Assembly: GCA_043827325.1 (NCBI GenBank)
Contig: JBDRPF010000021.1
Location: forward strand, 2,255-66,254
Direction of reading: 5' to 3'
Source of the DNA: Pseudomonadota bacterium
GTDB lineage: Bacteria > Desulfobacterota > Desulfobacteria > Desulfobacterales > UBA11574
DNA: 64,000 nucleotides
A program made the position numbers and the translations under genes. Below the pieces are notes generated by a model. The model was not told the origin of the DNA. It searched no databases and worked only from the letters and a program-made list of their open reading frames with translations. Of the stretch, positions 37,644 to 48,427 are shown piece after piece (position 1 is the stretch's first letter; every line of letters begins with the position of its first letter).

Positions 37644-38516
37644 CTATTGGAAGACTTCGGCACACAGCTCCCCAAACGTGCCGAGATTTTTGCAAATATG
37701 TATGCCTCCTGCCTTCATGGCCTCGATCTTGCCCTGAGCCGTGCCGCTGCTGCCGCTGATAATGGCACCGGCGTGCCCCATGCGCCGTCCCGGCGGGGCG
37801 GTCAGTCCGGCAATAAACCCCACCACCGGTTTGGATACATTTTCCGATATAAATTCCGATGCTTCCTCTTCGGCGGTTCCACCGATCTCCCCGACCATAA
37901 CGATTCCCTTTGTTTCGGGGTCCTTTTCAAAGGCATCCAGGCAGTCGATGAAGTTCGTGCCGTTGACGGGGTCGCCGCCGATACCGATACAGGTGGTCTG
38001 CCCGATTCCCTGCCGGGTCAACTGGTGAACCACTTCGTAGGTCAGGGTCCCGGAACGGGATACAACACCGATGGGACCGCCGGGCGTGTGAATGGGGCCC
38101 GGCATGATACCCACCTTGCACTGCCCGGGCGTGATGATCCCGGGGCAATTGGGCCCGATCAGGCGGGATGTCATCCCTGCCAGGAAATTCTTGACCTTGA
38201 TCATATCCATAATCGGAATGCCTTCGGTGATGGCGACGATCAGATCGATCCCGGCGTCGGCCGCCTCCATGATGGCGTCAGCCGCAAAGGCCGGCGGAAC
38301 GAAAATCATGCTGCAGTTGGCATTGGTTTGTGCCACCGCCGCTTTAACCGTATTGAACACCGGTATGTCATCCATCTGCTGCCCGCCCTTGCCCGGAGTT
38401 ACACCGGCAACGACGTTGGTACCGTAAGCCGCACACTGCCGGGTGTGAAACTGCCCTTCTTTTCCGGTTATTCCCTGAACGAGAAGCCGTGTGTTGCTGT
38501 CGACGAAGATGCTCAC
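37644..38516 (-). CDS. sucD: succinyl-CoA synthetase alpha subunit
   Basis: 290 aa. Motifs [11 protein letters not shown] and the phosphohistidine loop MGHAGAI. Confidence 0.93.
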   Translation of the reverse strand: MSIFVDSNTRLLVQGITGKEGQFHTRQCAAYGTNVVAGVTPGKGGQQMDDIPVFNTVKAAVAQTNANCSMIFVPPAFAADAIMEAADAGIDLIVAITEGIPIMDMIKVKNFLAGMTSRLIGPNCPGIITPGQCKVGIMPGPIHTPGGPIGVVSRSGTLTYEVVHQLTRQGIGQTTCIGIGGDPVNGTNFIDCLDAFEKDPETKGIVMVGEIGGTAEEEASEFISENVSKPVVGFIAGLTAPPGRRMGHAGAIISGSSGTAQGKIEAMKAGGIHICKNLGTFGELCAEVFQ

Positions 38517-38597
38517 TTTTGTTCCCTCGCTTTTATTTAGTCCTGAAAAACATAGTCCTCCGGGCCCGGATTCGTTACGTTGAAAACCGCCAAAAAA

Positions 38598-39764
38598 CTA
38601 TTGACCGGCAACCATCTCCGCAACCTTTTGGGCCGCGTCTTTCAGATCTGCCGCCGTGATGAGATTGAGACCCGACTCCGCCAGAATCTTCCGGCCTTCT
38701 TCCACGTTCGTCCCTTCCATCCGGACGACCACGGGAACGGTGATGCCTGTTTTTTCCGCCGCTTTTACAACACCTTGCGCCAGAATGTCGCATCGCAATA
38801 TCCCGCCGAAGATGTTAATCAGAATCCCTTTGACACTTTCATCCCCCAGCATGATCCGAAAACCGTTTTCGACCATCTCCGCGCTGGCGCCGCCGCCCAC
38901 ATCCAGAAAATTGGCCGGTTCCGCGCCGGCCAGTTTTATAATATCCATGGTGGCCATGGCCAGACCCGCGCCGTTGACCATGTTGCCCACATTGCCGTCC
39001 AGCTTGATGTAGTTGAGATGGAACCTGGAGGCTTCGACCTCCAGGGGGTCTTCCTCGTCAATATCCCGGTATTCCAGAATATCCTTGTGGCGATACAGGG
39101 CGTTGTCGTCAAAATCAATCTTGGCATCCAGGGCGATCACGGTCTCATCTTCCGTGATCACCAAAGGGTTTATCTCCACCAGAGAACAGTCATAGCCGAC
39201 AAAGAGCCGGTAGAGATTCCCCAGCATTGAAACAAACGGCTTCATCACGGCAGGCGCCAGCCTCAGGCCGAATGCAACCTCCCGGCAGTGATACGGTTGA
39301 ATCCCCACCAGCGGATCGACATATACCTTGATGATCTTTTCAGGGGTTTCCGCGGCGACCGTTTCAATATCCATGCCGCCGGCCTCGCTGGCCATGATAA
39401 CAATTTTTGCGGTTCCCCGGTCCGGTATGATGCTCAAGTAGAGCTCTTTTTCGATGTTCAGGCCCTGCTCCACCAGCACCTTCTTGACCGCCCTTCCCTC
39501 CGGTCCGGTCTGGTGCGTCACCAGGTTCATTCCGATGATGTCGCCGGCAATGACCGCCGCTTCATCAAGCGAACCCGCCAGTTTAACCCCGCCGCCTTTT
39601 CCCCGGCCCCCGGCATGGATCTGTGCTTTAATCACCACCGGGAATCGGCCCGATTTTTCAGCGATCTTCCGGGCTTCATCCGGGCTGAAGGCAACACCGC
39701 CGTCCGGTACGGGGATGTTGTATTTCCTGAACAGTTCTTTTGCCTGGTATTCGTGTATCTTCAT
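38598..39764 (-). CDS. sucC: succinyl-CoA synthetase beta subunit
   Basis: True start MKIHEYQAKELF at 39764, preceded by AAGGAG. The 50-aa N-terminal extension of the track ORF overlaps the upstream gene and is rejected. Confidence 0.92.
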   Translation of the reverse strand: MKIHEYQAKELFRKYNIPVPDGGVAFSPDEARKIAEKSGRFPVVIKAQIHAGGRGKGGGVKLAGSLDEAAVIAGDIIGMNLVTHQTGPEGRAVKKVLVEQGLNIEKELYLSIIPDRGTAKIVIMASEAGGMDIETVAAETPEKIIKVYVDPLVGIQPYHCREVAFGLRLAPAVMKPFVSMLGNLYRLFVGYDCSLVEINPLVITEDETVIALDAKIDFDDNALYRHKDILEYRDIDEEDPLEVEASRFHLNYIKLDGNVGNMVNGAGLAMATMDIIKLAGAEPANFLDVGGGASAEMVENGFRIMLGDESVKGILINIFGGILRCDILAQGVVKAAEKTGITVPVVVRMEGTNVEEGRKILAESGLNLITAADLKDAAQKVAEMVAGQ

Positions 39765-39816
39765 GAATCCGAATCTCCTTTTATGCGCAGAGTACAAAGC
39801 GCAGAGCGCCATGCGC

Positions 39817-41814
39817 TTAGCCGATAACGCACAGCACAGCCCCCTTGGCCACCGAATCTCCGCTGCTGAAATTGATTGCCTTGATCGTTCCGTCCGCCGG
39901 GGCCGTAAGGGCATTCTCCATTTTCATGGCTTCGAGGATGACCACCGTATCGCCCGTGCTGACGGCATCTCCCACTTCTTTTTCATAGCGCACGATCATG
40001 CCGGGCATCGGCGCTGTCAGCGGCGTGCCGTCGACAGCGATTGCCGCCTTGGGCGGTGCTTCGGATTTTGCAGGCTTCGGCGGTGCGGGCGGTGCGGGTC
40101 TGGGCAGCGAGGGCGCGGGTGCCGACGCCGGTGCCCGTACGGCTCCCGGCTGCACATAACTGATCACCGGGGATCCCCCCGGTTCTTCCACGCCAACCTC
40201 AAAGTACTCGTCATCCACAAAGACGTTGAAAGTCCGCAGGCCCTCACCCTTGGGCGGCGCTTCCTTTTCTTTCTTTTCCACCAGTTGCCCGAGCTTGGCC
40301 AACCTCACCAGTGCTTCTTCGGCTTTCACCTGTTCCAATGTCCGGGGCTTGACTTCCTCCGGCGGGTCCTCCTTGCCGTGCTTCCATTTCAAAAACCGCT
40401 TCCCGGTCAGCGGATACAGCGCATAAACCAGCACGTCATCCATGTCCACGGCTAAATCCTTCACATCCGCTTTGGCCTTGTCCAGTTCGGGCTCCAAAAC
40501 TTCTGCGGGCCTGCAGGTAATCGGCTTCTCTCCCCTTGAATATCCCTTCAACGCTTTCTTCTGGACTTCAGGGTCTATGGGAATCGCGGTCTTGCCATAA
40601 AGGCCGTAACACAAATCCTTGACCTGGGCGGTAATCATCTTGTAGCGCTCGTTTTCATCATCAAAAAGCACATTGTTGACCGTTTGTATCCCGACGATCT
40701 GGCTGGTGGGCGTCACCAGCGGAATTTGCCCGAGCTCCTTTCTCACCCGGGGAAGCTCCTTGTACACTTCGCCGATTTTGTCGAGGGCGTCCATCTCCCG
40801 CAACTGGTTCACCAGATTCGAGAGCATCCCCCCCGGCGTCTGGTGCAGCAGAACATTGATATCGATGATCGACACCTTTGAATCGTCCAGCAGGTTCCTG
40901 TACTTGGGCATGACCAGTTTTTCCAGGGTCTCGTTGATCTGTGCCAGCTGACGGATATCGAACCCCGTGTCTCGGTTGGTCCCCAGAAGTGTCATCACCA
41001 GCGGTTCAACCGCCGGATGGGATGTCCGGTAGGCATAGGGCGACATGCAGGTGTCCACAATGTCGACACCGGCCTCGATGGCTTTCAAATGGCTCATGGG
41101 AGCCATGCCCGATGTAAAATGGCTGTGAAGGTGAACCGGCACGGTAACCACCGCCTTGATTGCCTTCACAAGGGCATAGGCGTCATAGGGGGCGATCAGG
41201 CCCGCCATGTCTTTGATGCAGATCGTGTCCGCGCCCATGGTCTCCAGGGCCCTGGCTTTGGCGACATAATAGTCGAGCGTATAGACATCTCCGCCCATCC
41301 TCGGCTCGGTCATGGAATAACAGATACACCCCTGAAAATGCTTTCCGCATGCCTTGATCATTTCAACCACCGTCTCAAAATTCCGGTAGTCGTTCAGCGC
41401 GTCAAAGGTCCTGAAAATGTCCATCCCGTTTGCGGCCGCCCGATCCACGAATGCCCGGGCAACATCATCGGCATAATTTCGATACCCCACCAGATTCTGT
41501 GCTCTCAGGAGCATGGAGAACGGCGTCTTTTTCATATACCGTTTTAACGTACGGATCCGTTCCCACGGATCCTCGTTCAAAAAACGGTGCATGGTGTCGA
41601 AGGTTGCACCGCCCCAGGTCTCCACGGCCCAGAAACCGACCTCATCCATCATCTCCGCCACGGGAATCATGTCTTCGGTCCGACCCCGGGTGGCAAACAG
41701 GGACTGGTGTCCGTCGCGAAGGGAAAGGTCCTCCACCTTCAGCGGGTTCTCCGCTACAGTCCTGTCCTTGCTGTAATCCATGGGGGTTGTTTTGACTTGA
41801 TCATGATCACTCAT
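39817..41814 (-). CDS. carboxyltransferase 5S subunit (pyruvate carboxylase B / OadA-like) fused to a biotinyl carrier domain
   Basis: HMGL-like TIM barrel (LRDGHQSL), an Ala/Pro linker and a C-terminal biotin site EAMKMEN. The likely start is MSDHDQ at 41814, after AGGAG. Confidence 0.88.
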   Translation of the reverse strand: MSDHDQVKTTPMDYSKDRTVAENPLKVEDLSLRDGHQSLFATRGRTEDMIPVAEMMDEVGFWAVETWGGATFDTMHRFLNEDPWERIRTLKRYMKKTPFSMLLRAQNLVGYRNYADDVARAFVDRAAANGMDIFRTFDALNDYRNFETVVEMIKACGKHFQGCICYSMTEPRMGGDVYTLDYYVAKARALETMGADTICIKDMAGLIAPYDAYALVKAIKAVVTVPVHLHSHFTSGMAPMSHLKAIEAGVDIVDTCMSPYAYRTSHPAVEPLVMTLLGTNRDTGFDIRQLAQINETLEKLVMPKYRNLLDDSKVSIIDINVLLHQTPGGMLSNLVNQLREMDALDKIGEVYKELPRVRKELGQIPLVTPTSQIVGIQTVNNVLFDDENERYKMITAQVKDLCYGLYGKTAIPIDPEVQKKALKGYSRGEKPITCRPAEVLEPELDKAKADVKDLAVDMDDVLVYALYPLTGKRFLKWKHGKEDPPEEVKPRTLEQVKAEEALVRLAKLGQLVEKKEKEAPPKGEGLRTFNVFVDDEYFEVGVEEPGGSPVISYVQPGAVRAPASAPAPSLPRPAPPAPPKPAKSEAPPKAAIAVDGTPLTAPMPGMIVRYEKEVGDAVSTGDTVVILEAMKMENALTAPADGTIKAINFSSGDSVAKGAVLCVIG

Positions 41815-41859
41815 CTTATATTCTCCTCTTAAATGGATTTTTCCGTTATTCCTTTTCAT

Positions 41860-41909
41860 AAGCGGCGCAGCCGCGCCGGATAAAATCGCGAAGCGATTTT
41901 ATTTATTTA
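41860..41909. repeat. short double-hairpin intergenic element, copy 1
   Basis: aagcggcgcagccgcgccggataaaatcgcgaagcgatttt. Its reverse complement matches 61363-61416 at 36 of 43 positions (hairpins AAAATCGC/GCGATTTT and GCGGC/GCCGC). Confidence 0.75.
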
Positions 41910-42103
41910 AACGCCCTCATCTGCATCATGGTGCGCATCTGCATCTGAGACTGACGACCGCTCACGGCCCACAGCCGCGCCGGCGCCGCTGCCCGCTCAA
42001 CCGCAGGCGTTGCAAGAGACTGCATATAAATCGCTTCCTCTTCTGTCTTGATATACTGCATGACCGCGGCCATTGCGGCGGCCGTTTTTTTTCGCTTTTC
42101 CAC
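41903..42103 (-). CDS. small protein in the transcarboxylase operon (possible accessory/OadG-like subunit)
   Basis: 66 aa. AAAMAAVMQYIKTEEEA is reminiscent of small decarboxylase/transcarboxylase subunits. The assignment is tentative. Confidence 0.45.
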   Translation of the reverse strand: MEKRKKTAAAMAAVMQYIKTEEEAIYMQSLATPAVERAAAPARLWAVSGRQSQMQMRTMMQMRAFK

Positions 42104-42120
42104 TGTTACACCGTTTTACT

Positions 42121-42418
42121 AGAGAATCCAGGCTCAAAGGCTCTAGCTTACCCCCGGAAGGGGCTGTTTAAATTAAAGCCGAACAAGTTAAAAGTGTCTA
42201 AAGTGATCTAAAATGCCTAAAGTTATGGAGTCGCCTTCAGCCGTCGTAGCCAAGGCTACTATGGCGAAGTCGGCTCGCTCCCCTGATTTTATATAATTGA
42301 TAGAATTCCTTAACTTTAGCTCACTTTAAACTTTAGTTCACTTCAAACTCTTGAGACGGTACTTTAGGCAGAGCCATAGGACTCTGATCTGGCCCAGAAG
42401 GCCGGGTTTTCAAAGACC
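42121..42418 (-). repeat. intergenic repeat element, copy B (ACTTTAG/CTAAAGT-rich)
   Basis: Same block order and orientation as 12118-12430. It fills the entire spacer between the 12S subunit stop and the 66-aa gene start. Confidence 0.8.
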
Positions 42419-42425
42419 AAACAAA

Positions 42426-43979
42426 TTACAGGGGTATGTTCCCGTGTTTCTTGGGCGGCAGTACCTCCCGTTTACCGCACATGATCTCCAGGGCTTCGAT
42501 CAAACGCGGCCGGGTCTCGCTCGGCACGATGACGGCATCCACAAACCCCCGGCTCGCGGCGCAGTAAGGGTTTGAAAACAGATCTTCGTATTCCTTGACC
42601 TTTTCCCGGCGCTTGGCCGCGGGGTCTTCCGCCTCCGCAATCTCTTTCCGGTGTATAATGTTGCATGCCCCGGCAGCACCCATAACGGCAATCTCCGAAC
42701 TCGGCCAGGCAAAGGCCATGTCGGCGCCCAGGTCTTTCGAGCACATGGCAAGATAGGAACCGCCGTAATCCTTTCGGGTAACGAGAAGCAGTTTCGGAAC
42801 CGTTGCCTCTGAATAACACCAGAGGAGTTTTGCGCCGTGACGAATAATTCCGCCCCATTCCTGCTGACTGCCGGGAAGATATCCGGGCACGTCCGCAATG
42901 GTCAGCAGCGGAATGTTAAACGCGTCACAAAAACGGATAAACCGGGTGGCCTTGTCCGAGGCGTCGATATCGAGACAACCGGCAAGAACCTGCGGCTGGT
43001 TCGCGATAATACCGACACTCCTCCCGTTCAGGCGGGCAAAACAGACGATGATATTCTGGGCATAGTAGTGATGGGGCTCGAAAATCACACCGTTGTCCAC
43101 GATCGAGCGAATAACCGTCTTCATGTCGTAAGACTTGCTGGGGTTGTCCGGAATGATGGTGTCCAGCGCCGGGTCCGTCCGCTTGGGATCATCACCGGTT
43201 TCGACAATCGGCGGATCTTCCATGTTGTTCGACGGGATATAAGACAGGAGCTCTTTGATCTGGTCGATCGCATCCTCATCGCTTTCACAGGCAAAATGTG
43301 CGACCCCGCTTTTCTGGTTGTGGGCCATGGCGCCGCCGAGCTCCTCAAAAGAGATCTCCTCCCCGGTCACCGCCTTGATGACATCCGGACCCGTAATGAA
43401 CATGTAGCTGCTCCCCTTGACCATGAACACCCAGTCCTGCATGGCCGGCGAATAGACCGCGCCCCCGGCGGTCGGTCCCATGATGGCGGATATCTGGGGA
43501 ATAACGCCCGAAGAAAGCGAATTGCGGTAAAAGATCTGTCCGTATCCGGAGAGGGAGTCAACACCCTCCTGGATCCTTGCGCCCCCGGAGTCGTTCATTC
43601 CGATCATCGGCACACCCGCCTTGAGCGCCAGATCCATGACCTTGCAAATCTTTTTGGAATGCATCTCTCCAAGGCTTCCGGCCCTTGCCGTAAAGTCTTG
43701 GGAAAAAGAAAAGACCGGCCGGCCGTTAACAAGCCCGTGACCCGTAACAACACCGTCTGACGGAATATCGACCTTCTCCATGCCGAAATTCACGCACCGG
43801 TGCGAAACAAACATGTCGATCTCTCGAAATGTCCCCGGATCAAATAAAAGATTTAACCGTTCCCGGGCGGTCAGCTTTCCTTTTTTGTGCTGCGCGGCAA
43901 TGGCTTTTTCACCGCCCATTTCCAGGATCTTTGCCTCGCGTTTCTTCAGATCCTTAATTTTATCTTCAACAATACCCAT
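42426..43979 (-). CDS. methylmalonyl-CoA carboxyltransferase 12S subunit / propionyl-CoA carboxylase beta chain
   Basis: 517 aa. Carboxyl transferase domain motifs (GGARIQEG, VMGPEGA-like AVMGAAGA). Confidence 0.92.
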   Translation of the reverse strand: MGIVEDKIKDLKKREAKILEMGGEKAIAAQHKKGKLTARERLNLLFDPGTFREIDMFVSHRCVNFGMEKVDIPSDGVVTGHGLVNGRPVFSFSQDFTARAGSLGEMHSKKICKVMDLALKAGVPMIGMNDSGGARIQEGVDSLSGYGQIFYRNSLSSGVIPQISAIMGPTAGGAVYSPAMQDWVFMVKGSSYMFITGPDVIKAVTGEEISFEELGGAMAHNQKSGVAHFACESDEDAIDQIKELLSYIPSNNMEDPPIVETGDDPKRTDPALDTIIPDNPSKSYDMKTVIRSIVDNGVIFEPHHYYAQNIIVCFARLNGRSVGIIANQPQVLAGCLDIDASDKATRFIRFCDAFNIPLLTIADVPGYLPGSQQEWGGIIRHGAKLLWCYSEATVPKLLLVTRKDYGGSYLAMCSKDLGADMAFAWPSSEIAVMGAAGACNIIHRKEIAEAEDPAAKRREKVKEYEDLFSNPYCAASRGFVDAVIVPSETRPRLIEALEIMCGKREVLPPKKHGNIPL

Positions 43980-44269
43980 TATCCTAATCCTTTCGCATTA
44001 TATTCTGTCTCAAAAATGCATCTGACACCCAACGGCTGTGCTGCCGACCAACTCAAAACAAACTGTCCATCCCGTTTATAGCGGGGCTCCGCCGATTCGT
44101 GGCCTGCGGCAGGTTCCATTCGGCCCCGGGTTCATGGCCGCAGGCGGCCGGGCCGACCGGCGCTTCATCCGTTCTCCCGGGGTTTATTCGCCTCAGGCGG
44201 GCGGGATTTCCCCTGAACGTGATCTGCTATTTTTGAAACAGCCTGGTGTCATTCTTTAAGGCTTTTAAC

Positions 44270-44557
44270 CTAATCAAAGGCATAAATCTCGAACTCGGTC
44301 TTTTCTCCCAGCAAAAAATCGATTTTTTCCTGGGCCTCGGCTCTCTCTTCGCTGAGAACCCACTGCCGCCAGTGGTCCATGGATTGCCAGGTGCTGATGA
44401 CCAGGTTTTCGCCGGGGCGATCAATTCGCCGAAAGGTTTCTCCGGAAATGTATCCGGGCTGGTTCACTGCCAGCTCCCTTAACCGGATGAGAAGCGGTTT
44501 CAACGCCTCAGCCTTGTGTTCCGGCACCACGCGTTTGATGAAAACTTTAACCGACAT
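44270..44557 (-). CDS. antibiotic biosynthesis monooxygenase (ABM) domain protein
   Basis: 95 aa. Ferredoxin-like ABM pattern (GYISGETFR...VISTWQSMDHWRQW). Confidence 0.7.
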   Translation of the reverse strand: MSVKVFIKRVVPEHKAEALKPLLIRLRELAVNQPGYISGETFRRIDRPGENLVISTWQSMDHWRQWVLSEERAEAQEKIDFLLGEKTEFEIYAFD

Positions 44558-44634
44558 TTTGGGACCCTCCGCTTGTGCGTAAAACAGTCGAGCTCATCGA
44601 ATGATATGTTTTATCGAAAACACCTTCCTTGTTT

Positions 44635-45627
44635 CTAGACCTGCGGGTTATTGTCAAGAAAAAAAAGCAGTTCGTTTGCCGCAATGGTGGGCGCGATCAA
44701 ACCGTTTTCAACATCGCCAAGGATTTTCGGCAGCCGCCTATTCACTTCGGGATTCTCATAAAACCGTTCCTTCAGACCCTCTTTTACCAGGGACCACATC
44801 CAATCGACAGCCTGCTTTCTTCGATTTGCCTCAAGCTCTCCGGATGCCGTCATCCTTTTTCGGTGTTCCAAAACGGCTTCCCAGATCACATCGACACCGG
44901 TCATCTCCAGGGCACTGCAGGTGAGAACCGGCGGCGACCAATTGGGCGAGGAGGGTGCCAGAAAGTGCAGTGCCGACTCGTACTGCTTCCTGGCGATTTC
45001 CGCACGCCCGACATTGTCGCCGTCTGCCTTGTTGACGGCGACGGCGTCTGCCAGCTCCAGGATGCCCTTTTTTATTCCCTGAAGCTCATCTCCGGCGCCG
45101 GTTATCATCAGCACCAGGAAAAAATCGACCATGGAGGCCACCGTCGTTTCAGACTGGCCGACACCCACGGTTTCAACGATCATGACATCAAACCCGGCGG
45201 CTTCGCAGGCGATCATGGTTTCTCGTGTTTTTCGCGCGACCCCGCCCAGAGTTCCGCCGGAAGGAGACGGCCGAATAAAGGCGGTCTCTTCAACGGAAAG
45301 CTTTTCCATTCGTGTCTTGTCCGCCAGTACGCTGCCGCCGCTTCTTTTGCTGCTGGGGTCGACGGCGAGAACACCCACCCGATGTCCTTTTTTTACCAGC
45401 ATCATACCGAGGCTCTCTATAAACGTGCTCTTGCCCACACCCGGCACGCCGGTTATCCCGAGGCGTACCGCCTTGCCGGTGCAGGGAAGCAGCAGATCGA
45501 TGATCTTTCGCGCCAGCTTCTGATGGTCGGGCAGGGAGCTTTCGATCAGCGTAATGGTCTTTGCGAGCGTGCGCCGGTTGCGCGACAGCACCCCCTGGAC
45601 ATAATATTGAGGATCATCGGATCGCAT
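44635..45627 (-). CDS. meaB: methylmalonyl-CoA mutase-associated GTPase MeaB/ArgK
   Basis: 330 aa. P-loop GVPGVGKSTF, DPSS and NKAD motifs. Confidence 0.92.
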   Translation of the reverse strand: MRSDDPQYYVQGVLSRNRRTLAKTITLIESSLPDHQKLARKIIDLLLPCTGKAVRLGITGVPGVGKSTFIESLGMMLVKKGHRVGVLAVDPSSKRSGGSVLADKTRMEKLSVEETAFIRPSPSGGTLGGVARKTRETMIACEAAGFDVMIVETVGVGQSETTVASMVDFFLVLMITGAGDELQGIKKGILELADAVAVNKADGDNVGRAEIARKQYESALHFLAPSSPNWSPPVLTCSALEMTGVDVIWEAVLEHRKRMTASGELEANRRKQAVDWMWSLVKEGLKERFYENPEVNRRLPKILGDVENGLIAPTIAANELLFFLDNNPQV

Positions 45628-45649
45628 TGTTAATCCTGATTATATTCTA

Positions 45650-45718
45650 ACCACGAAGATCACGAAGGGTGACAAGATAAAAAAGAATATCTTCGTTTTT
45701 CTTCGTGTACTTCGTGGT
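45650..45718. repeat. long imperfect inverted repeat (CACGAAG/CTTCGTG words) between mutase and meaB
   Basis: ACCACGAAGATCACGAAG (45650-45667) pairs with CTTCGTGTACTTCGTGGT (45701-45718) at 16 of 18 positions. The loop is about 33 nt and A-rich. Confidence 0.7.
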
Positions 45719-45755
45719 AAAAATCTTTTGCTTCAAAAAGCGAACCATTCACAAA

Positions 45756-47879
45756 TTAAGCGCTTATTTCGTTTAGCACTTTGTTGGCGGAGTCGGTAAC
45801 CACGGTCCCGGGCCCGAACACACCCACCGCGCCGGCCTGATAAAGGAAGTCGTAATCCGCGGGTGGAATGACCCCGCCGACAACCACCTTGATCTCTTCC
45901 CCGCCTTTTTCCCTGAGAAACTTGACAAGCTGGGGCACCAGCGTCTTGTGCCCGGCAGCCAGACTCGACACACCCACGACATGGACATCATTCTCCATGG
46001 CCATCTGGGCCGCCTCCTCCGGTGTCTGGAACATGGGACCGATGTCCACGTCAAACCCCAGATCGGCAAAAGCAGTGGCAATCACCTTGATGCCCCGGTC
46101 ATGGCCGTCCTGACCCATCTTGGTGACCAGTATTCGCGGTCTTCTCCCCTGCTTTTTCTGAAAGTCATCGGTCCGCTTTCGAACCGCCTTAAATATATCA
46201 CTGTCGGCGTACTCATCCGCATACGCACCGGAAATGCACTGGGTCGTGGCGACATAACGGCTGAAAGCCTTTTCCATGGCGTCTGAAATCTCGCCAACGG
46301 TCGCGCGCGCGCGGACTGCCGGGACACAGACCTCAAGCAGATTTCCACCGGATGCGGCGGCATGGGTCACCGCTTCGAGCAGCCTGCGAACCTCATCTTC
46401 GTTCCGTTTCGATTTGATCTCTTTCAACCGTGCGATCTGTTCTTCGCGGACCCCCTCCGAAACCTCCAGAAGCTCCCCTAAAGGCTCCTCGGCGATCTGA
46501 TACTTGTTGACACCGACAATCACGTCCTTTCCCTGGTCGATTCGGGCCTGCTTTCTGGCCGCCGCCTCTTCGATGCGCATTTTCGGCATCCCGGTTTCGA
46601 TAGCCTTTGCCATTCCGCCCAGTTTTTCAACCTCTTCGATGATCTTTCTGGCCTCCCGGAGAATCCCGTCGGTCAGGGTTTCAACATAATACGACCCCCC
46701 CAGGGGGTCTATCACGCGGCATATCTCGGATTCTTCCTGCAAAATGATCTGGGTGTTCCTTGCGATCCTGGAGGAAAATTCCGTGGGGAGGCTGACCGCC
46801 TCATCAAAAGAGTTGGTATGCAGCGACTGGGTCCCGCCCAGGACCGCGGCAAGCGCTTCGAGGGTGGTTCGGATGATGTTGTTGTACGGGTCCTGTTCGG
46901 TCAGGCTCCACCCGGAGGTCTGGACATGGGTCCTTAACATAAGCGATTTCGGGTCCTTGGGATTAAACTTGCTGACGAGTTCATGCCACAGGAAACGCGC
47001 GGCCCTCAGCATGGCGATCTCCATGAAAAAGTTCATTCCAACGCCGAAGAAAAACGACAACCGGGGCGCAAAGGTATCGATATCCAGGCCTGCCGCCAGG
47101 GCGGCCTTTACATATTCGATCCCGTCCGCCAGGGTAAAGGCGGTCTGCAAAACAGAATTGGCGCCGGCCTCCATCATGTGATATCCGCTGATACTGACGG
47201 TATTGTACTTGGGCATATGTTTGGAGCAATACCCGATGATGTCGGATACAATCCGCATGGAAGGTTCCGGCGGGTAGATGTAGGTGTTTCGCGTCAGGTA
47301 TTCCTTGAGAATATCATTCTGAATGGTTCCGCCCAGCTTCGCCTGCTCCACACCCTGCTCTTCGGCGGCGACGATATACCCGGCCATGACCGGCAGTACC
47401 GCACCGTTCATGGTCATGGAAACCGTTACCTTGTCCAGGGGGATCCGGTCGAAAAGAATTTTCATGTCCTCAACAGAATCCACGGCAACGCCGGCTTTGC
47501 CGATGTCCCCCACAACCCTGGAGTGGTCCGAGTCATATCCCCTGTGGGTCGCGAGATCAAAGGCCACCGAAAGACCCGTCTGCCCCGCGGACAGGTTTTT
47601 TCTGTAAAATTCATTTGACTCTCTAGCCGTGGAAAATCCGGCATACTGGCGAACGGTCCAGGGCCTCCCGGCGTACATGGTGGCCATGGGCCCCCGCACA
47701 TAGGGCGCAAACCCGGGCAGGGTGTTTACATGCGCCATGTCTTCGAGGTCTTCCGCCGTGTACAGCGGCTTGACCGTAATCCCCTCGGGCGTGGTCCAGT
47801 TCAAATCCTCAATCGGTTTCCCTCGAAGCTGTTTCTCGGCAAGCTCTTTCCATTTCTGTAAATCCGGATGTTCTGCCAT
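45756..47879 (-). CDS. methylmalonyl-CoA mutase (catalytic plus B12-binding domains fused)
   Basis: 707 aa. Motifs [13 protein letters not shown] and the C-terminal B12 motif GQDGHDRG. Confidence 0.93.
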   Translation of the reverse strand: MAEHPDLQKWKELAEKQLRGKPIEDLNWTTPEGITVKPLYTAEDLEDMAHVNTLPGFAPYVRGPMATMYAGRPWTVRQYAGFSTARESNEFYRKNLSAGQTGLSVAFDLATHRGYDSDHSRVVGDIGKAGVAVDSVEDMKILFDRIPLDKVTVSMTMNGAVLPVMAGYIVAAEEQGVEQAKLGGTIQNDILKEYLTRNTYIYPPEPSMRIVSDIIGYCSKHMPKYNTVSISGYHMMEAGANSVLQTAFTLADGIEYVKAALAAGLDIDTFAPRLSFFFGVGMNFFMEIAMLRAARFLWHELVSKFNPKDPKSLMLRTHVQTSGWSLTEQDPYNNIIRTTLEALAAVLGGTQSLHTNSFDEAVSLPTEFSSRIARNTQIILQEESEICRVIDPLGGSYYVETLTDGILREARKIIEEVEKLGGMAKAIETGMPKMRIEEAAARKQARIDQGKDVIVGVNKYQIAEEPLGELLEVSEGVREEQIARLKEIKSKRNEDEVRRLLEAVTHAAASGGNLLEVCVPAVRARATVGEISDAMEKAFSRYVATTQCISGAYADEYADSDIFKAVRKRTDDFQKKQGRRPRILVTKMGQDGHDRGIKVIATAFADLGFDVDIGPMFQTPEEAAQMAMENDVHVVGVSSLAAGHKTLVPQLVKFLREKGGEEIKVVVGGVIPPADYDFLYQAGAVGVFGPGTVVTDSANKVLNEISA

Positions 47880-47949
47880 GGCATCCTCCTTCTACGCGCG
47901 CGATTTGATGTGTCTCTATTTTATGGAATTACATATTATTTCAATCAAT

Positions 47950-48357
47950 TTATTTCCGCTCACAAAGCTCCACCAGGACGCCGTTTGTCGCCTTGGGGTG
48001 CAGAAACGCGATTCTGGCACCGCCGGCACCTTTTCTGGGTTTCTCATCGATCAGCCGGATGCCCTTTGCCTTTAATTCTTCGAGGGCTTCGTCGATATTC
48101 TCCACGCGAAACGCCACATGATGGATACCCTCGCCCCTTTTTTCCAGGAACTTGGCCACGGGCCCGTCCGGTGCCGTGGACTCCAGCAGTTCCACCTCGC
48201 TTTCTCCCACCGGGAAAAAGGCGGTGGTGACCTTCTGTTCTTCGACGGTCTCGGACCCTTCAAAGTGCAGGCCCAAGGCGTCCGTCCACAGGCTTTTTCC
48301 CTCATCGATACTGTTTACGGCGATACCGAGGTGGTCTATTTTAAGTATTTTCATCAA
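47950..48357 (-). CDS. mce: methylmalonyl-CoA epimerase (VOC/glyoxalase fold)
   Basis: 135 aa. IDHLGIAV...[14 protein letters not shown], in genomic context with the mutase. Confidence 0.85.
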   Translation of the reverse strand: MMKILKIDHLGIAVNSIDEGKSLWTDALGLHFEGSETVEEQKVTTAFFPVGESEVELLESTAPDGPVAKFLEKRGEGIHHVAFRVENIDEALEELKAKGIRLIDEKPRKGAGGARIAFLHPKATNGVLVELCERK

Positions 48358-48427
48358 CGCCTCCTTTCACTATTATCTTCGATTGTTGCTGAAATTCCAG
48401 AACTCTTAACTGTCCGCAGCAAGCAGA

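Noticed and set aside
37330-37695. A 121-aa minus-strand ORF spanning the sucD-hypA spacer.
   Set aside because: It overlaps the sucD 3' end and runs through the terminator hairpin and the TTCGAA-word repeats. It has no protein-like motif and is most likely non-coding.
38598-39914. A 438-aa version of sucC with a 50-aa Arg/Cys-rich N-terminal extension.
   Set aside because: The canonical MKIHEYQAKELF start at 39764 has a strong AAGGAG RBS. The extension overlaps the upstream carboxyltransferase gene.
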